Sequence record: MN018232.1
Direction: 5' to 3' (one strand)
DNA: 64,000 bases
Within the stretch, counting starts at the first letter, position 1. Each line of letters begins with the position of its first letter. Below, piece by piece: positions 18,868-28,637 of this stretch. The notes under the pieces are model-generated. The model had not been told where the DNA came from, searched no databases, and was given only the letters and a program-made list of their open reading frames with translations. Made by a program: the position numbers and the translations under genes.

Positions 18868-18949
18868 GGGAGTGTGATGAAATCGGTAAACATACAGAAT
18901 TTAAAATTCTGCGGCAGTAGCCTTGTGGGTTCAAGTCCCACCACTCCTA
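18868..18949 (+). tRNA. trnL: tRNA-Leu(TAA)
   Basis: GGGAGTG/CACTCCT acceptor, CAGAA-TT TAA AA-TTCTG, long variable arm, GGTTCAAGTCC. Confidence 0.92.
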
Positions 18950-19006
18950 TTATGAATTGAGTGTTTTATTATTCGTTGTTAGAATACTACCTAATACGAA
19001 ACATAC

Positions 19007-19321
19007 ATGCCACTTACACCAACCAAATACGACAAAATATATGTCAAATCCAGAAATCCTTACAAGACCCCTGAACCTGAGATATATAATGATGAGAAGG
19101 AAATACAACTTAGATTGTATTTTCGGTGTGAAAGTAGTCACTACACAAAACACATGAAAGTCAATTTCTGGTATTCCAACGATATGGAGGAATGGAGATG
19201 GACACTCACTTCTGACGAAAATCTCAAGATTATGGAGAGTGGAAATCGAGAAGAACTTCGTGATGCGATGAATGATGTTGCTAACACAGTAGAGTATCTA
19301 CTTGACAATGATATGATCTAG
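19007..19321 (+). CDS. Hypothetical protein (104 aa)
   Basis: Clean ORF; EEWRWTL motif. Confidence 0.75.
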   Translation: MPLTPTKYDKIYVKSRNPYKTPEPEIYNDEKEIQLRLYFRCESSHYTKHMKVNFWYSNDMEEWRWTLTSDENLKIMESGNREELRDAMNDVANTVEYLLDNDMI

Positions 19322-19330
19322 TGTTATAAT
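19302..19330 (+). promoter_or_regulatory. Perfect-consensus sigma70 promoter with extended -10
   Basis: TTGACA (19302-07)-N17-TATAAT (19325-30), TG at 19322-23. Confidence 0.88.
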
Positions 19331-19335
19331 ATTAG

Positions 19336-19391
19336 AGCCGTGTGAAGGAAGCACTCTGTTGCTAATCAACCACCCTCTGGGTGGTTTTTTT
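19336..19391 (+). ncRNA. Candidate ~55-nt small RNA
   Basis: Lies between the consensus promoter and the intrinsic terminator AACCACCC-TCT-GGGTGGTT+T-run (19368-91); no ORF. Confidence 0.55.
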
Positions 19392-19395
19392 ATGT

Positions 19396-19403
19396 AATAA
19401 ATA
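19396..19403 (+). promoter_or_regulatory. T4-type late promoter
   Basis: AATAAATA 29 nt before the ATG of the 1633-aa gene. Confidence 0.75.
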
Positions 19404-19432
19404 TCTAATAATAGATATCGTGTGCAAGACAG

Positions 19433-22400
19433 ATGCCATTATCTCGCTTAGATAATTTTCTGAAGAACGTTAAGGGAAATATTCTGTATGTTGATCCAAA
19501 CAATTTGGATGCAACTGATGGGGTAGAGAACCAAGGTAATTCTCTTGCACGTCCATTCAAAACCATTCAAAGAGCTCTGGTAGAGGCATCAAGGTTCTCC
19601 TATCAGAAAGGTAAAGATAATGATAGGTTTGAAAAGACTACAATTTATTTGTCACCAGGTGTCCACCACATTGATAATAGACCTGGTTGGATTCCGACTG
19701 GAGGAAATACGTTTCTACAGAGGAATGGTATAACTTCTTCTGATTTTACTGCTTTTAGTAACACATCAAACTTCGATATCTTTGATGCCAACAATATTCT
19801 CTATAAACTGAATAGTATCCATGGTGGTGTTATTATGCCTCGTGGTGTATCTGTTGTTGGACAGGATCTTAGAAAATGTGTGATTCGTCCGATTTATGTT
19901 CCAAACCCTGAAAATAATGCAATTGAACCCTCAGCAATCTTAAGAGTAACTGGTGGTTGTTATCTGAACAGTTGTACTATCAAAGATGCTGATCCACAAA
20001 AACCAGCATATAAAGATTATACGACAAACAAATTCAAACCAACATTTTCACACCACAAACTGACTGTTTTTGAATATGCGGACGGTAATAATAAAGTCAA
20101 TATCAATGACGACTTTATTTCATATTCAACAGACCGTACTGATTTGGATATGTATTATGAGAAGATTGGTATTGTATATGGTCCAGCAAGTGGAAGAGAG
20201 ATTGAACCTGATTATCCAAGTGCGAATGTAGATATTGAACCAAGAATTGATGAATATAGAATTGTTGGACCTGTCTCTGGTGAAGTAGGTATCAACAGTA
20301 TCAAGGCAGGTGATGGTGTCACACCAACTTCTGTCATTGATGTTAAATTGTCAAATGCGATCATTGGTCTTAATGTTGATACTAACGTTATCATTAATGA
20401 TGTAACCGATAAGAGATATAACGGTACTTATCTTGTCACAGAAATCACCTCTACTAATGAAATTGGTGTTACAGGATTTAAGTATGAAGTTCCTGTAGCT
20501 CCAGGTGACGCACTTCCTAACCCAACTGGTACAAGTGTAGTTCTTTCTACTGATACTGTTACTTCTGCATCTCCCTATATCTTCAATGTGTCATTGAGAT
20601 CTATTTTTGGTATGTGTGGTATGCATGCCGATGGTAGTAAGGCAACGGGTTTCAAATCCATGGTTGCTGCACAATATACTGGTGTAGGTCTTCAAGTTGA
20701 TGACAACGCATTTGTCAAGTATAATCAAAATAGTGGCTCGTTTGATGATTCAACCACTATTCCTAATTTACACACTGACATTGATGCTGTATATAAACCA
20801 GAGTATTCAAACTATCACATTAAGGTATCCAATAATGGATTCATGCAATTGGTATCCATTTTCGCAATTGGATATTCAAATCAATTCTTAGCTGAGTCTG
20901 GTGGTGATTTTTCTGTCACAAACTCAAACTCCAACTTTGGTCAGATTGCTCTGACTTCAAGAGGATATAAGAATAATGTATTCTCACAGGATGATGTTGG
21001 TTACATTACTCAAATTATCCCACCAAAGGCACTTAAGCCAGAAATTGCAACAGTAGAGTTCTCATCTATCGATGTAACAAAGACAACATCTGTTGGAGAT
21101 ACTTCAAGACTTTATCTTTATAACTTCACCAATCCTGATGAGGCACCTAATACGACCATTCAGGGTTATAGATTTGGTTCAAAGAAAACAGAAAATATTA
21201 ATGTTGTCATTCCTGTAAGTGGTACACCTGAAGTATTCAGAGCAAGAGTTGTCATGGACAACACTGCATATGCTGCCAAGAAGGCAACAGGATCAAAAAT
21301 GGCCAGGGTTGGTAGAAATGTATCAACTGGTAATAGTATCACAAACTCTACATTTACCTTTACAGAAGACCACCAGTTCATTCAAGGTGAATCGATTAGA
21401 GTCATTTCAAATGACGGTAGACTTCCTGATGGTTTAGAGAGTAATAAAGTATACTTCTCTATCGTTGATGGTCTGGGTGGTAATCAATTACAACTTGCAC
21501 AATCATTTAACGACTCGCTGTCAGGAAACAAGATTTCTATCAACAATCTTGGTGATACTCTGATTGTAGAGAGTAGAGTTGGTGATAAGGATGCTGGTGA
21601 TGTAGGTCACCCAGTTCAATATGATACGACAGAACGTCAATGGTATGTTAATGTCTCATCTGCTTCTACTGAAAATAATCTGTACGCAAAAGTTGTTGGT
21701 GGTGGATTAGGTGATGCAACCCCAAGGTCTTACATCACAAGACTGAAAGATACCAGACAATCTGCAGATAGAATTCATAAAGTAAGATTCGTCATTCCAT
21801 CATCTACAGGTTCTGATTCAGCAAGACCACCTCTGGATGGTTATGTGATTCAACAGTCTAGCGATGTAACTAGTACATCAAATACAGAGATTGCACTTGA
21901 TTTCAACCCTGGTTCTGTTACGATGAGCAATGATGCTCAAATGAGAAACTTTAGTTTTATTGCTAATGTTGATTACAGGTCAGGACTTGCATTCTATACC
22001 ACTGAAAAACCACATGGTCTTTCTATTGGTTCAACCGTTGAGATTAATAATGTTACAAGTACACTCTTCCCAACTGTAGGTGTTGGTAATTCTGGTTTCA
22101 ACGGTACATACGAGGTCACTGGTATCAGTAGTGCAAGAACATTCTCGGTAAATCAGATTCGATCAAGTCCTGGTACCTTTACTAACAATACTTCACAGAG
22201 AACCACTGCACTTCCAACAGTCAAGAGAAAGAAATTCTCTAAGGACTTTTACGTTTATAATGTAGAAACTATTAATGACTATAAGAATGGAGAGCAAGAT
22301 GGTATCTATTACCTGAGTGTTCTTAATGCTGATGTAAAACCATCTGTTGCACCATTCAATGTTGAAGAATATGCATTCTCACAACCTGTCGGAAATCTTT

Positions 22401-24334
22401 ATCCACAGTTAGATAGAGACAATCCAAAATCAACTGCAACATCTGCAGCATGTTATGCTATTCCAAGTAATATCGGTGAGACGGTTATTAATAATCCCAC
22501 CAATAGTATCACTGGAGAGACTTTAGAAGAACTCTTTAGTGATAGTGGAGTTGGTGCTGGTATTACAGATATTGTATCAAATAACGTTGGTACTGCATAT
22601 ACAATCTTTACTGATACTGACCATGGTTGTAACAGAATTACCAGAGCAGTTATTGATAACCCAGGGGCTGGATATGGTGATGGTTCATCAACCATTCAAT
22701 ACTATTATAATGCAACACTTGAAAACCTTGGTGCTGGTTCACTTGGTAGAAATGCAACAGCATTGGTTACTGTAGATGGAACATCGACAGGTGAAATTAT
22801 TGACATTGCTGTCATGGATGGTGGTACTGCATTCGTCGAGGGTGATACTTTCAGAGTTGTTGGTATTGCAACAACCACTGGATTTAGTGCAGCAACAGGT
22901 TCTGTCAACAAGATTTATGATAACAGAAACGACACCATTAGAATTGCTGGTATCAATGATTATGATGGAAGAGCATACAATTCACTTTATAGAGTGACTT
23001 CAATTCCTGGAATTAAAGAGATTGAAGTAGAACCATTGGCACCAGTATCACCAGGTATCACAACAGTTGGTCTTGGAAACAATATATGTGCCCCAGCTGC
23101 ATTCTCTGTCATCGGTCCTGCATATGATACGAGCAATTTTGTTTATAATAAGGATGTTGGACTTGCAACAGTAACTACAGACTATGCAAACAACTTTAGA
23201 GTTAATAACAGTGTAGTCATCAGTGGTGCTGCGCAGACATTCTACAATGGTTCATTTGTTTGTGTTGATAAGATTGGTCTGACAACTGTTGTTCTTCAAG
23301 TTGGTGTCAATACCGTCACTCCTGCGACTGGTGGAACTATCAGACTTCACAGTGGTGGTATTAGAAATAACTTTGGTGATTTGGTAGTTGGTAATGGTAG
23401 ACTTCATGGTAGAGAGACACCAATTTATGCTGGTATCACAACTACATTGTCTGCGGCTATTACAAGTAAAACCACTGATACAATTAACGTATCAAATATG
23501 ACAGACTTTGGTTTCTTGATTGGTGATTACATTCAAGTCAATGATGAAATCATGAGAATCAAGACCACTGTAAGTAGAACTTCTGGTGTAACACAATTGA
23601 AGGTATTCAGAGGTGTTTATGGTTCTATCGCAGATACCCATGTATCTGGTTCAGTAGTTCAGAGAATTCTTTTCTATCCTATCGAATTTAGAAGAAACTC
23701 ACTGATCAGAGCATCTGCACACACATTTGAATATCTTGGTTATGGTCCAGGTAACTACTCAACCGCATTCCCTGATAAGCAAACAAAACAACTTACACTT
23801 GATCAACAAATTACTGCTCAATCACAGTCCACTAGTGGTGGTGTTGTCAACTACACTGGTATGAATGATAGAGGTGACTTCTTTATTGGTAATAAGAGAA
23901 TCGCATCTAATACTGGTAGAGAACAAGTTTATGATACGCCAGTTCAAACGATATGTGGAGAAGACCCATATACGGTTGGTTCTACAAACGATGTTTCCGA
24001 TTTCAACTTTGTTGATAGTTCTGTGGTTAAGATTGAAAGAAACGTTGTTGTTGATGGTGGTGACAAGTCCAACATTCTCTCAGAGTTCAATGGTCCTGTT
24101 CAATTCACCAAAAAGGTAGTCAGTACTTCATCTGAAGGTATTGAAGCCAATAACATCTTCATTCAAGGTAATGCCCAGGTGTCTAGAAAAATCACTGTCG
24201 GTATTGCCACTCCATCTGATGCTGGTAACCCTGGTGATATCGTTTACAATGCAAACCCAGCAAGTGGTGGAACAGTTGGTTGGGTCTACACAACTAACAA
24301 TGAGTGGAAGACATTTGGTACTATCAGTAGTTGA
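19433..24334 (+). CDS. Large virion structural protein (1633 aa)
   Basis: MPLSRLDNFLKN... N-terminus typical of cyanomyophage tail/baseplate proteins; beta-helix-like N-terminal region, DNPGAGY/DGGTAF modules. Confidence 0.85.
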   Translation: MPLSRLDNFLKNVKGNILYVDPNNLDATDGVENQGNSLARPFKTIQRALVEASRFSYQKGKDNDRFEKTTIYLSPGVHHIDNRPGWIPTGGNTFLQRNGITSSDFTAFSNTSNFDIFDANNILYKLNSIHGGVIMPRGVSVVGQDLRKCVIRPIYVPNPENNAIEPSAILRVTGGCYLNSCTIKDADPQKPAYKDYTTNKFKPTFSHHKLTVFEYADGNNKVNINDDFISYSTDRTDLDMYYEKIGIVYGPASGREIEPDYPSANVDIEPRIDEYRIVGPVSGEVGINSIKAGDGVTPTSVIDVKLSNAIIGLNVDTNVIINDVTDKRYNGTYLVTEITSTNEIGVTGFKYEVPVAPGDALPNPTGTSVVLSTDTVTSASPYIFNVSLRSIFGMCGMHADGSKATGFKSMVAAQYTGVGLQVDDNAFVKYNQNSGSFDDSTTIPNLHTDIDAVYKPEYSNYHIKVSNNGFMQLVSIFAIGYSNQFLAESGGDFSVTNSNSNFGQIALTSRGYKNNVFSQDDVGYITQIIPPKALKPEIATVEFSSIDVTKTTSVGDTSRLYLYNFTNPDEAPNTTIQGYRFGSKKTENINVVIPVSGTPEVFRARVVMDNTAYAAKKATGSKMARVGRNVSTGNSITNSTFTFTEDHQFIQGESIRVISNDGRLPDGLESNKVYFSIVDGLGGNQLQLAQSFNDSLSGNKISINNLGDTLIVESRVGDKDAGDVGHPVQYDTTERQWYVNVSSASTENNLYAKVVGGGLGDATPRSYITRLKDTRQSADRIHKVRFVIPSSTGSDSARPPLDGYVIQQSSDVTSTSNTEIALDFNPGSVTMSNDAQMRNFSFIANVDYRSGLAFYTTEKPHGLSIGSTVEINNVTSTLFPTVGVGNSGFNGTYEVTGISSARTFSVNQIRSSPGTFTNNTSQRTTALPTVKRKKFSKDFYVYNVETINDYKNGEQDGIYYLSVLNADVKPSVAPFNVEEYAFSQPVGNLYPQLDRDNPKSTATSAACYAIPSNIGETVINNPTNSITGETLEELFSDSGVGAGITDIVSNNVGTAYTIFTDTDHGCNRITRAVIDNPGAGYGDGSSTIQYYYNATLENLGAGSLGRNATALVTVDGTSTGEIIDIAVMDGGTAFVEGDTFRVVGIATTTGFSAATGSVNKIYDNRNDTIRIAGINDYDGRAYNSLYRVTSIPGIKEIEVEPLAPVSPGITTVGLGNNICAPAAFSVIGPAYDTSNFVYNKDVGLATVTTDYANNFRVNNSVVISGAAQTFYNGSFVCVDKIGLTTVVLQVGVNTVTPATGGTIRLHSGGIRNNFGDLVVGNGRLHGRETPIYAGITTTLSAAITSKTTDTINVSNMTDFGFLIGDYIQVNDEIMRIKTTVSRTSGVTQLKVFRGVYGSIADTHVSGSVVQRILFYPIEFRRNSLIRASAHTFEYLGYGPGNYSTAFPDKQTKQLTLDQQITAQSQSTSGGVVNYTGMNDRGDFFIGNKRIASNTGREQVYDTPVQTICGEDPYTVGSTNDVSDFNFVDSSVVKIERNVVVDGGDKSNILSEFNGPVQFTKKVVSTSSEGIEANNIFIQGNAQVSRKITVGIATPSDAGNPGDIVYNANPASGGTVGWVYTTNNEWKTFGTISS

Positions 24335-24371
24335 TAAATAATAAAAAAATAGTGGGGGAGAGTGAACCCAA

Positions 24372-26714
24372 ATGGCGATAGATAAGGATTTTGTCGTTAA
24401 AAATGGTTTACAGGTCAACGAAAATTTAATTTTTGCTGATTCTGACAATGATAAAGTTGGTCTAGGTACTACCACCCCCAATAGAAAATTAGTTGTAATT
24501 GGTAACGCTGAGGTAAGTTCAGACCTTGCAGTAGGTACCACAATTACAGCTCAAAGAGGTGCCTTTACTGGTATCATTACTGCCAATGACGGTATTGATG
24601 TTGGTGTAGGTGGTACTTTTGTATCGATTAACAAACTCGACGCTAAGATTGGTATCGGTTCAACCTCACCAGTTTATACTTTAGACCTTTATGGTCCCGT
24701 ATCCACTGGTACAACAGCAGCATATATTTTTGGTGATGTAGAAGTCACTGGTACGATTAAGGGTAATCGACTCGAAGGTCAGATTTCTGCTGGTGGTACA
24801 GTTGGCTTTACTAATGTCACTGTAGATAATGTACTTGATGCAAATAATGCAGAGGTATATACTAAGTTTAATATTGAAGAAGTCACTAGTGATACCTTTA
24901 GATTCTTAGTTGCGGGTGACCCACCTGGTATTGGTTTCACTCAGAACACTGACAATCCAGAAATTTATGTTTCAAGAGGTCAGAAATATGAGTTCCACCT
25001 TGACTCTGGTGGTTTCCCATTCTACCTTAAGACACAACCAACTGCTGACCTGAATAATCAGTATTCAGATGGTGTCACTAACAATGGTGCTCAGGTTGGT
25101 GTTGTTACCTTCAAGGTTCCATTCAATTCACCTAACATCCTGTACTATCAAGCATCAAATGTTGCTGGTATGGGTGGTACGATTTATGTCGATAATGATA
25201 ATAAAACCTATACTGTTGGTGTTCTGACAGTATCTCAGTTCTTAGATAGTAACACTCAAGCAGACTTTGAACAGATTTATGTCTCAGGTATTGGTACTAT
25301 CAATAATCTGAAAGGTCCAGACTTCAGTGTCAGTTCTGGTATTCTGACTGTCAGACAAGACCAGACTGCTCTGATTGGAGTTTCAACTGGTGCTGATAGA
25401 GTCAGTCTTCAAGAGAAGAGTGATAATGTAGCATATCAAGTTCCATTTAGTGATACTTTAGGTATTGGTTCAAACTATCAAAACTTGTATGTTGATAGTG
25501 AAGATGGACAGATGTCCTACAACCCATCAACCAATCGACTGACTGTCAATAGAGTTATTGGTAACTTGTCTGGTATCGCAACAGGTGCTGACAATATTAA
25601 TATTGACTCAAGCAGTGCAAATACTAAATTCCAAGTTACATTTAGTAACCCAGGAAGTGCAGACTATCAGAGACAATTGATTGATAGTGATAGTGATAGA
25701 TTAACTTATAATCCTTCTACAAATACACTGTCATCAACCAATATCACAGCCACAACGGTTACTGCTGGTTTGGCTGGTACTGCAACCAATGCAGACAATA
25801 TTAATGTAGATAAAAAATCTAATAATACAACTTATCAGGTATTATTCAGTGACAATCAAGGAGCTGGTTATCAAAGACCTTATATTGACTCTCAATCAGG
25901 TCAATTCACATATAATCCATCTACTAACACTCTGACTGCAGCAAATATTGCTGGTGCTGGTGATAATCTTACAAACCTTGATGGTTCAAACATTTCACAA
26001 GGTACTATCAATGCAGATAGAATTCCTGATGCATCAACAACCGCTCAGGGTGTAGTACAACTTTATGATACTTTCCCACCTAACAGTTCATCAACTACCA
26101 GAGCAGCAACAGCAAATCTTGTCACCGATGTTTATGATGAAGTAAGAACTGCAGTGATACCTGCAGGAACGACTATGTTGTTCTATCAGGCATCTGCACC
26201 ATCAGGTTGGACTAAACTAACAACTCAGAATAATAAGGCACTTAGAGTTGTGTCTGGTAGTGGTGGTGGTACGGGTGGTAACAATACGTTTACCTCAACT
26301 TTTGCAACAAGAAGTGTTCCACTACTGAGACACAATCACACTGCTTCATCTGGTAATCAGAGTGCTAATCACAGCCATGGTGTTACAGTTGAAAGTGGTG
26401 GTTCACACACTCACGGTATTTCTGATCCTGGCCACAACCACGATTATTCCGCACCTAGTGGAAATAAGGAGTTTGGTAATAGAAGTGCTAATGCTGCAGC
26501 ATCTACCCGTGCTAATTTTGTTAGTGGCAATAGACTAACTGGAATCTCAATTAACAGTGGTGGAAGTCATAATCATGGAACCAGTGTAGGTATTAATAAT
26601 GCAAACCACACTCACGGTATTACCGTTGACAATGAAGGTACCTCTGGAGCTTCAATGGACTTCAGAGTTCAATATATTGACGTAATCATTGCATCTAAGG
26701 ATGCCTATCCTTGA
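24372..26714 (+). CDS. Tail fibre protein (780 aa)
   Basis: VGLGTTTP fibre repeats, cupredoxin-like insert, three ~60-aa repeats, collar motif IPAGTTMLFYQASAPSGW, six HxH motifs; ATAAATA at 24334-40. Confidence 0.85.
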   Translation: MAIDKDFVVKNGLQVNENLIFADSDNDKVGLGTTTPNRKLVVIGNAEVSSDLAVGTTITAQRGAFTGIITANDGIDVGVGGTFVSINKLDAKIGIGSTSPVYTLDLYGPVSTGTTAAYIFGDVEVTGTIKGNRLEGQISAGGTVGFTNVTVDNVLDANNAEVYTKFNIEEVTSDTFRFLVAGDPPGIGFTQNTDNPEIYVSRGQKYEFHLDSGGFPFYLKTQPTADLNNQYSDGVTNNGAQVGVVTFKVPFNSPNILYYQASNVAGMGGTIYVDNDNKTYTVGVLTVSQFLDSNTQADFEQIYVSGIGTINNLKGPDFSVSSGILTVRQDQTALIGVSTGADRVSLQEKSDNVAYQVPFSDTLGIGSNYQNLYVDSEDGQMSYNPSTNRLTVNRVIGNLSGIATGADNINIDSSSANTKFQVTFSNPGSADYQRQLIDSDSDRLTYNPSTNTLSSTNITATTVTAGLAGTATNADNINVDKKSNNTTYQVLFSDNQGAGYQRPYIDSQSGQFTYNPSTNTLTAANIAGAGDNLTNLDGSNISQGTINADRIPDASTTAQGVVQLYDTFPPNSSSTTRAATANLVTDVYDEVRTAVIPAGTTMLFYQASAPSGWTKLTTQNNKALRVVSGSGGGTGGNNTFTSTFATRSVPLLRHNHTASSGNQSANHSHGVTVESGGSHTHGISDPGHNHDYSAPSGNKEFGNRSANAAASTRANFVSGNRLTGISINSGGSHNHGTSVGINNANHTHGITVDNEGTSGASMDFRVQYIDVIIASKDAYP
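25377..25955 (+). repeat. Three ~60-65-aa coding repeats in tail fibre
   Basis: (T/N)AD(R/N)(V/I)...(Y/F)QVxFS...YQ...(V/I)DS...(S/T)YNPSTNxL occurs 3 times. Confidence 0.8.
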
Positions 26715-27034
26715 CCTGGAGGTAATGTATCAATAGGGGGATACGGAGTTACTTGAGCTTGAACAATCCCCTGTTGTAATGCATGAGCATACAACTTTTG
26801 ATTTTGGTGATTTGCATCAACCACTTCGTTTCTAAAACTTTCTACAGCAGCACCAGTTTGATTTGACTTTTGTGCAATTTCTACAGCCATCATAGGCATC
26901 CAAGACACAGCACATTTCCATTCATCTACTTCTTGACCAGTATTAGGATTTGTACCCCTAACTTGTGTATACCAAGCACATTTATGTTGGACACACTTTT
27001 TCTTTATTAGTGGACAAAATTCACCGTCCTTCAT
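26705..27034 (-). CDS. Cys-containing hypothetical protein antisense to the fibre genes (109 aa)
   Basis: CPLIKKKCVQHKCAWY...KC; own late promoter at 27068-62. Confidence 0.8.
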   Translation of the reverse strand: MKDGEFCPLIKKKCVQHKCAWYTQVRGTNPNTGQEVDEWKCAVSWMPMMAVEIAQKSNQTGAAVESFRNEVVDANHQNQKLYAHALQQGIVQAQVTPYPPIDTLPPGQG

Positions 27035-27061
27035 CTTGTTAAATACTGAATTGGTTGAAAA

Positions 27062-27086
27062 TATTTATCTTGACATATTATAAATA
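27062..27086. promoter_or_regulatory. Divergent pair of late promoters
   Basis: ATAAATA on minus (27068-62) and TATAAATA on plus (27079-86). Confidence 0.78.
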
Positions 27087-27113
27087 CAACTAACGGAAGA
27101 AGCATTATAGGTA

Positions 27114-28637
27114 ATGTCATTACTTAGGGCCGACAAGATTGCCAATAGGTTTAATAATACTGGTCCTATTATTGTAGGTCCATCGACTGTTAGTGGACAT
27201 TTTACAGTCACTGGTATTGCAACTGTCCTTGGTCTTGGTGTTACAAATAACGTTTTAGTTGGTAATGCACTGACTGCCAACTATATCACCGCCAATAACG
27301 GTGCAAATCTTTTCAACTCAAATCTTACTGGCATTACGACCGCTGGTATCGTCACTGGTGCGACTTATTACGGTGACGGTGTTAATTTAAGTGGTGTAGT
27401 TACATCAGTTGTTCCTGGTGCTGGTGTTCAAATCAGTCCTTTATCTGGTCAAGGTAGAGTTACAATTTCTGCAACTGGTGTGGCGGTTGCTGGATACGCA
27501 ACTAACGCTGGTCTTGCAACTGATGTCAAAGGTGGTGTTGCTGGTGCAGTTCTGTATCAGATTGGACCAAATGATACTGGATTCACTGCAGCTGGTTCTG
27601 CAGGCGAAATTCTTCAGTCAAACGGTGCTTTAGCACCAACTTGGACATCTCTTGCTGCAATTAACGTAGCATATGCCGATAGTGCTGGTATCTCAACCAA
27701 CTTAAAAGGTGGTTCTGCTGGTAGAATTCCAGTTCAGGATGGATTAAACTCCACCACATTTATGCCTGTCGGTGTTACAGGTAATATTATTCTTGCTCAG
27801 GGTACATCAACTCCAATTTATATTGACCCTAAGGCTCAACTTGATGTAAGAAGAGCAAGATTTGCTGGTATTGCAACCAATCTTCAAAGTGGTTACATCT
27901 CATCCGCAACTTCATTGGAAGTTATTGGTGTCACCACACTGGGTGTTGCCACTGCAAAGACATTAAATGTTACTGGTATCACCACTACTCACGACTTAAG
28001 AGTAACTGGTGTTGCTACAATCAGTCAATTACAGATTGGTGAAGAGGGTGCATTAGTTGGTATCACCACTATTCTCGATGAGGATGATATGGTGTCAAAC
28101 AGAGCTGATGCTCTGGCGACACAACAATCTATTCGTGCTTATGTAGACGCGACTAGAACTGGTATCGGAATGACCTTCGATGCCGACACTGGTGGTGGCA
28201 CCATTGACCTTGATGAAGAGACCTTCACAATCAAAGGTACTACAAACGAGATTTATACAATCGGTCTTGGTAATACAGTCACAGTTGGTCTGGATACTAA
28301 CGTTACTGTACCAAACAACCTGGTAGTTTCTGGTCTCACATCACTGTCTGGTCTGACTACTATCACTGGACAGTTAGGTGTTACAGGTATCACCACCACA
28401 CAGTTCTTAGATGTCACTGGTGTTGGTACAGTTCAAACTCTGGGTGTCACTGGAGTTGCAACTGCACAGTTCCTTGAAGTCACTGGCGTATCAACGATTG
28501 CAACACTGGGTGTCAGTGGAGTCACCACAACTCAGTTCTTGCAAGTCACTGGTGTTTCTACATTCCAAGGTGATGTAACTCTGGGTGCTGGTGTTACCGT
28601 ATTTAATGGAGATTTTGAAAATTCAAATCTGGACTAA
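27114..28637 (+). CDS. Tail fibre-like protein, probably 3'-truncated at junction 2
   Basis: Gly/Thr/Val-rich; DEDDMVSNRADALATQQSIRAYVD motif; ends just after a repeat block. Confidence 0.75.
   Translation: MSLLRADKIANRFNNTGPIIVGPSTVSGHFTVTGIATVLGLGVTNNVLVGNALTANYITANNGANLFNSNLTGITTAGIVTGATYYGDGVNLSGVVTSVVPGAGVQISPLSGQGRVTISATGVAVAGYATNAGLATDVKGGVAGAVLYQIGPNDTGFTAAGSAGEILQSNGALAPTWTSLAAINVAYADSAGISTNLKGGSAGRIPVQDGLNSTTFMPVGVTGNIILAQGTSTPIYIDPKAQLDVRRARFAGIATNLQSGYISSATSLEVIGVTTLGVATAKTLNVTGITTTHDLRVTGVATISQLQIGEEGALVGITTILDEDDMVSNRADALATQQSIRAYVDATRTGIGMTFDADTGGGTIDLDEETFTIKGTTNEIYTIGLGNTVTVGLDTNVTVPNNLVVSGLTSLSGLTTITGQLGVTGITTTQFLDVTGVGTVQTLGVTGVATAQFLEVTGVSTIATLGVSGVTTTQFLQVTGVSTFQGDVTLGAGVTVFNGDFENSNLD
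28374..28571 (+). repeat. Six tandem 33-nt (11-aa) coding repeats
   Basis: LGVTGITTTQF/LDVTGVGTVQT/LGVTGVATAQF/LEVTGVSTIAT/LGVSGVTTTQF/LQVTGVSTFQG. Confidence 0.85.
28595..28632. other. Junction 2 (segments B/C)
   Basis: Fibre gene runs straight into the middle of an SDR epimerase that lacks its Rossmann N-terminus. Confidence 0.7.

Noticed and set aside
28374-28571. 33-nt periodicity as a CRISPR-like array
   Set aside because: Repeats are degenerate, in frame, spacer-less and coding; no cas genes
28585-28629. Track start MLVLPYLMEILKIQI for the epimerase
   Set aside because: Alternative frame of upstream sequence across the junction; the Rossmann motif is missing
24372-28637. Diversity-generating retroelement acting on tail fibres
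   Set aside because: No reverse transcriptase and no near-identical template/variable repeat pair seen
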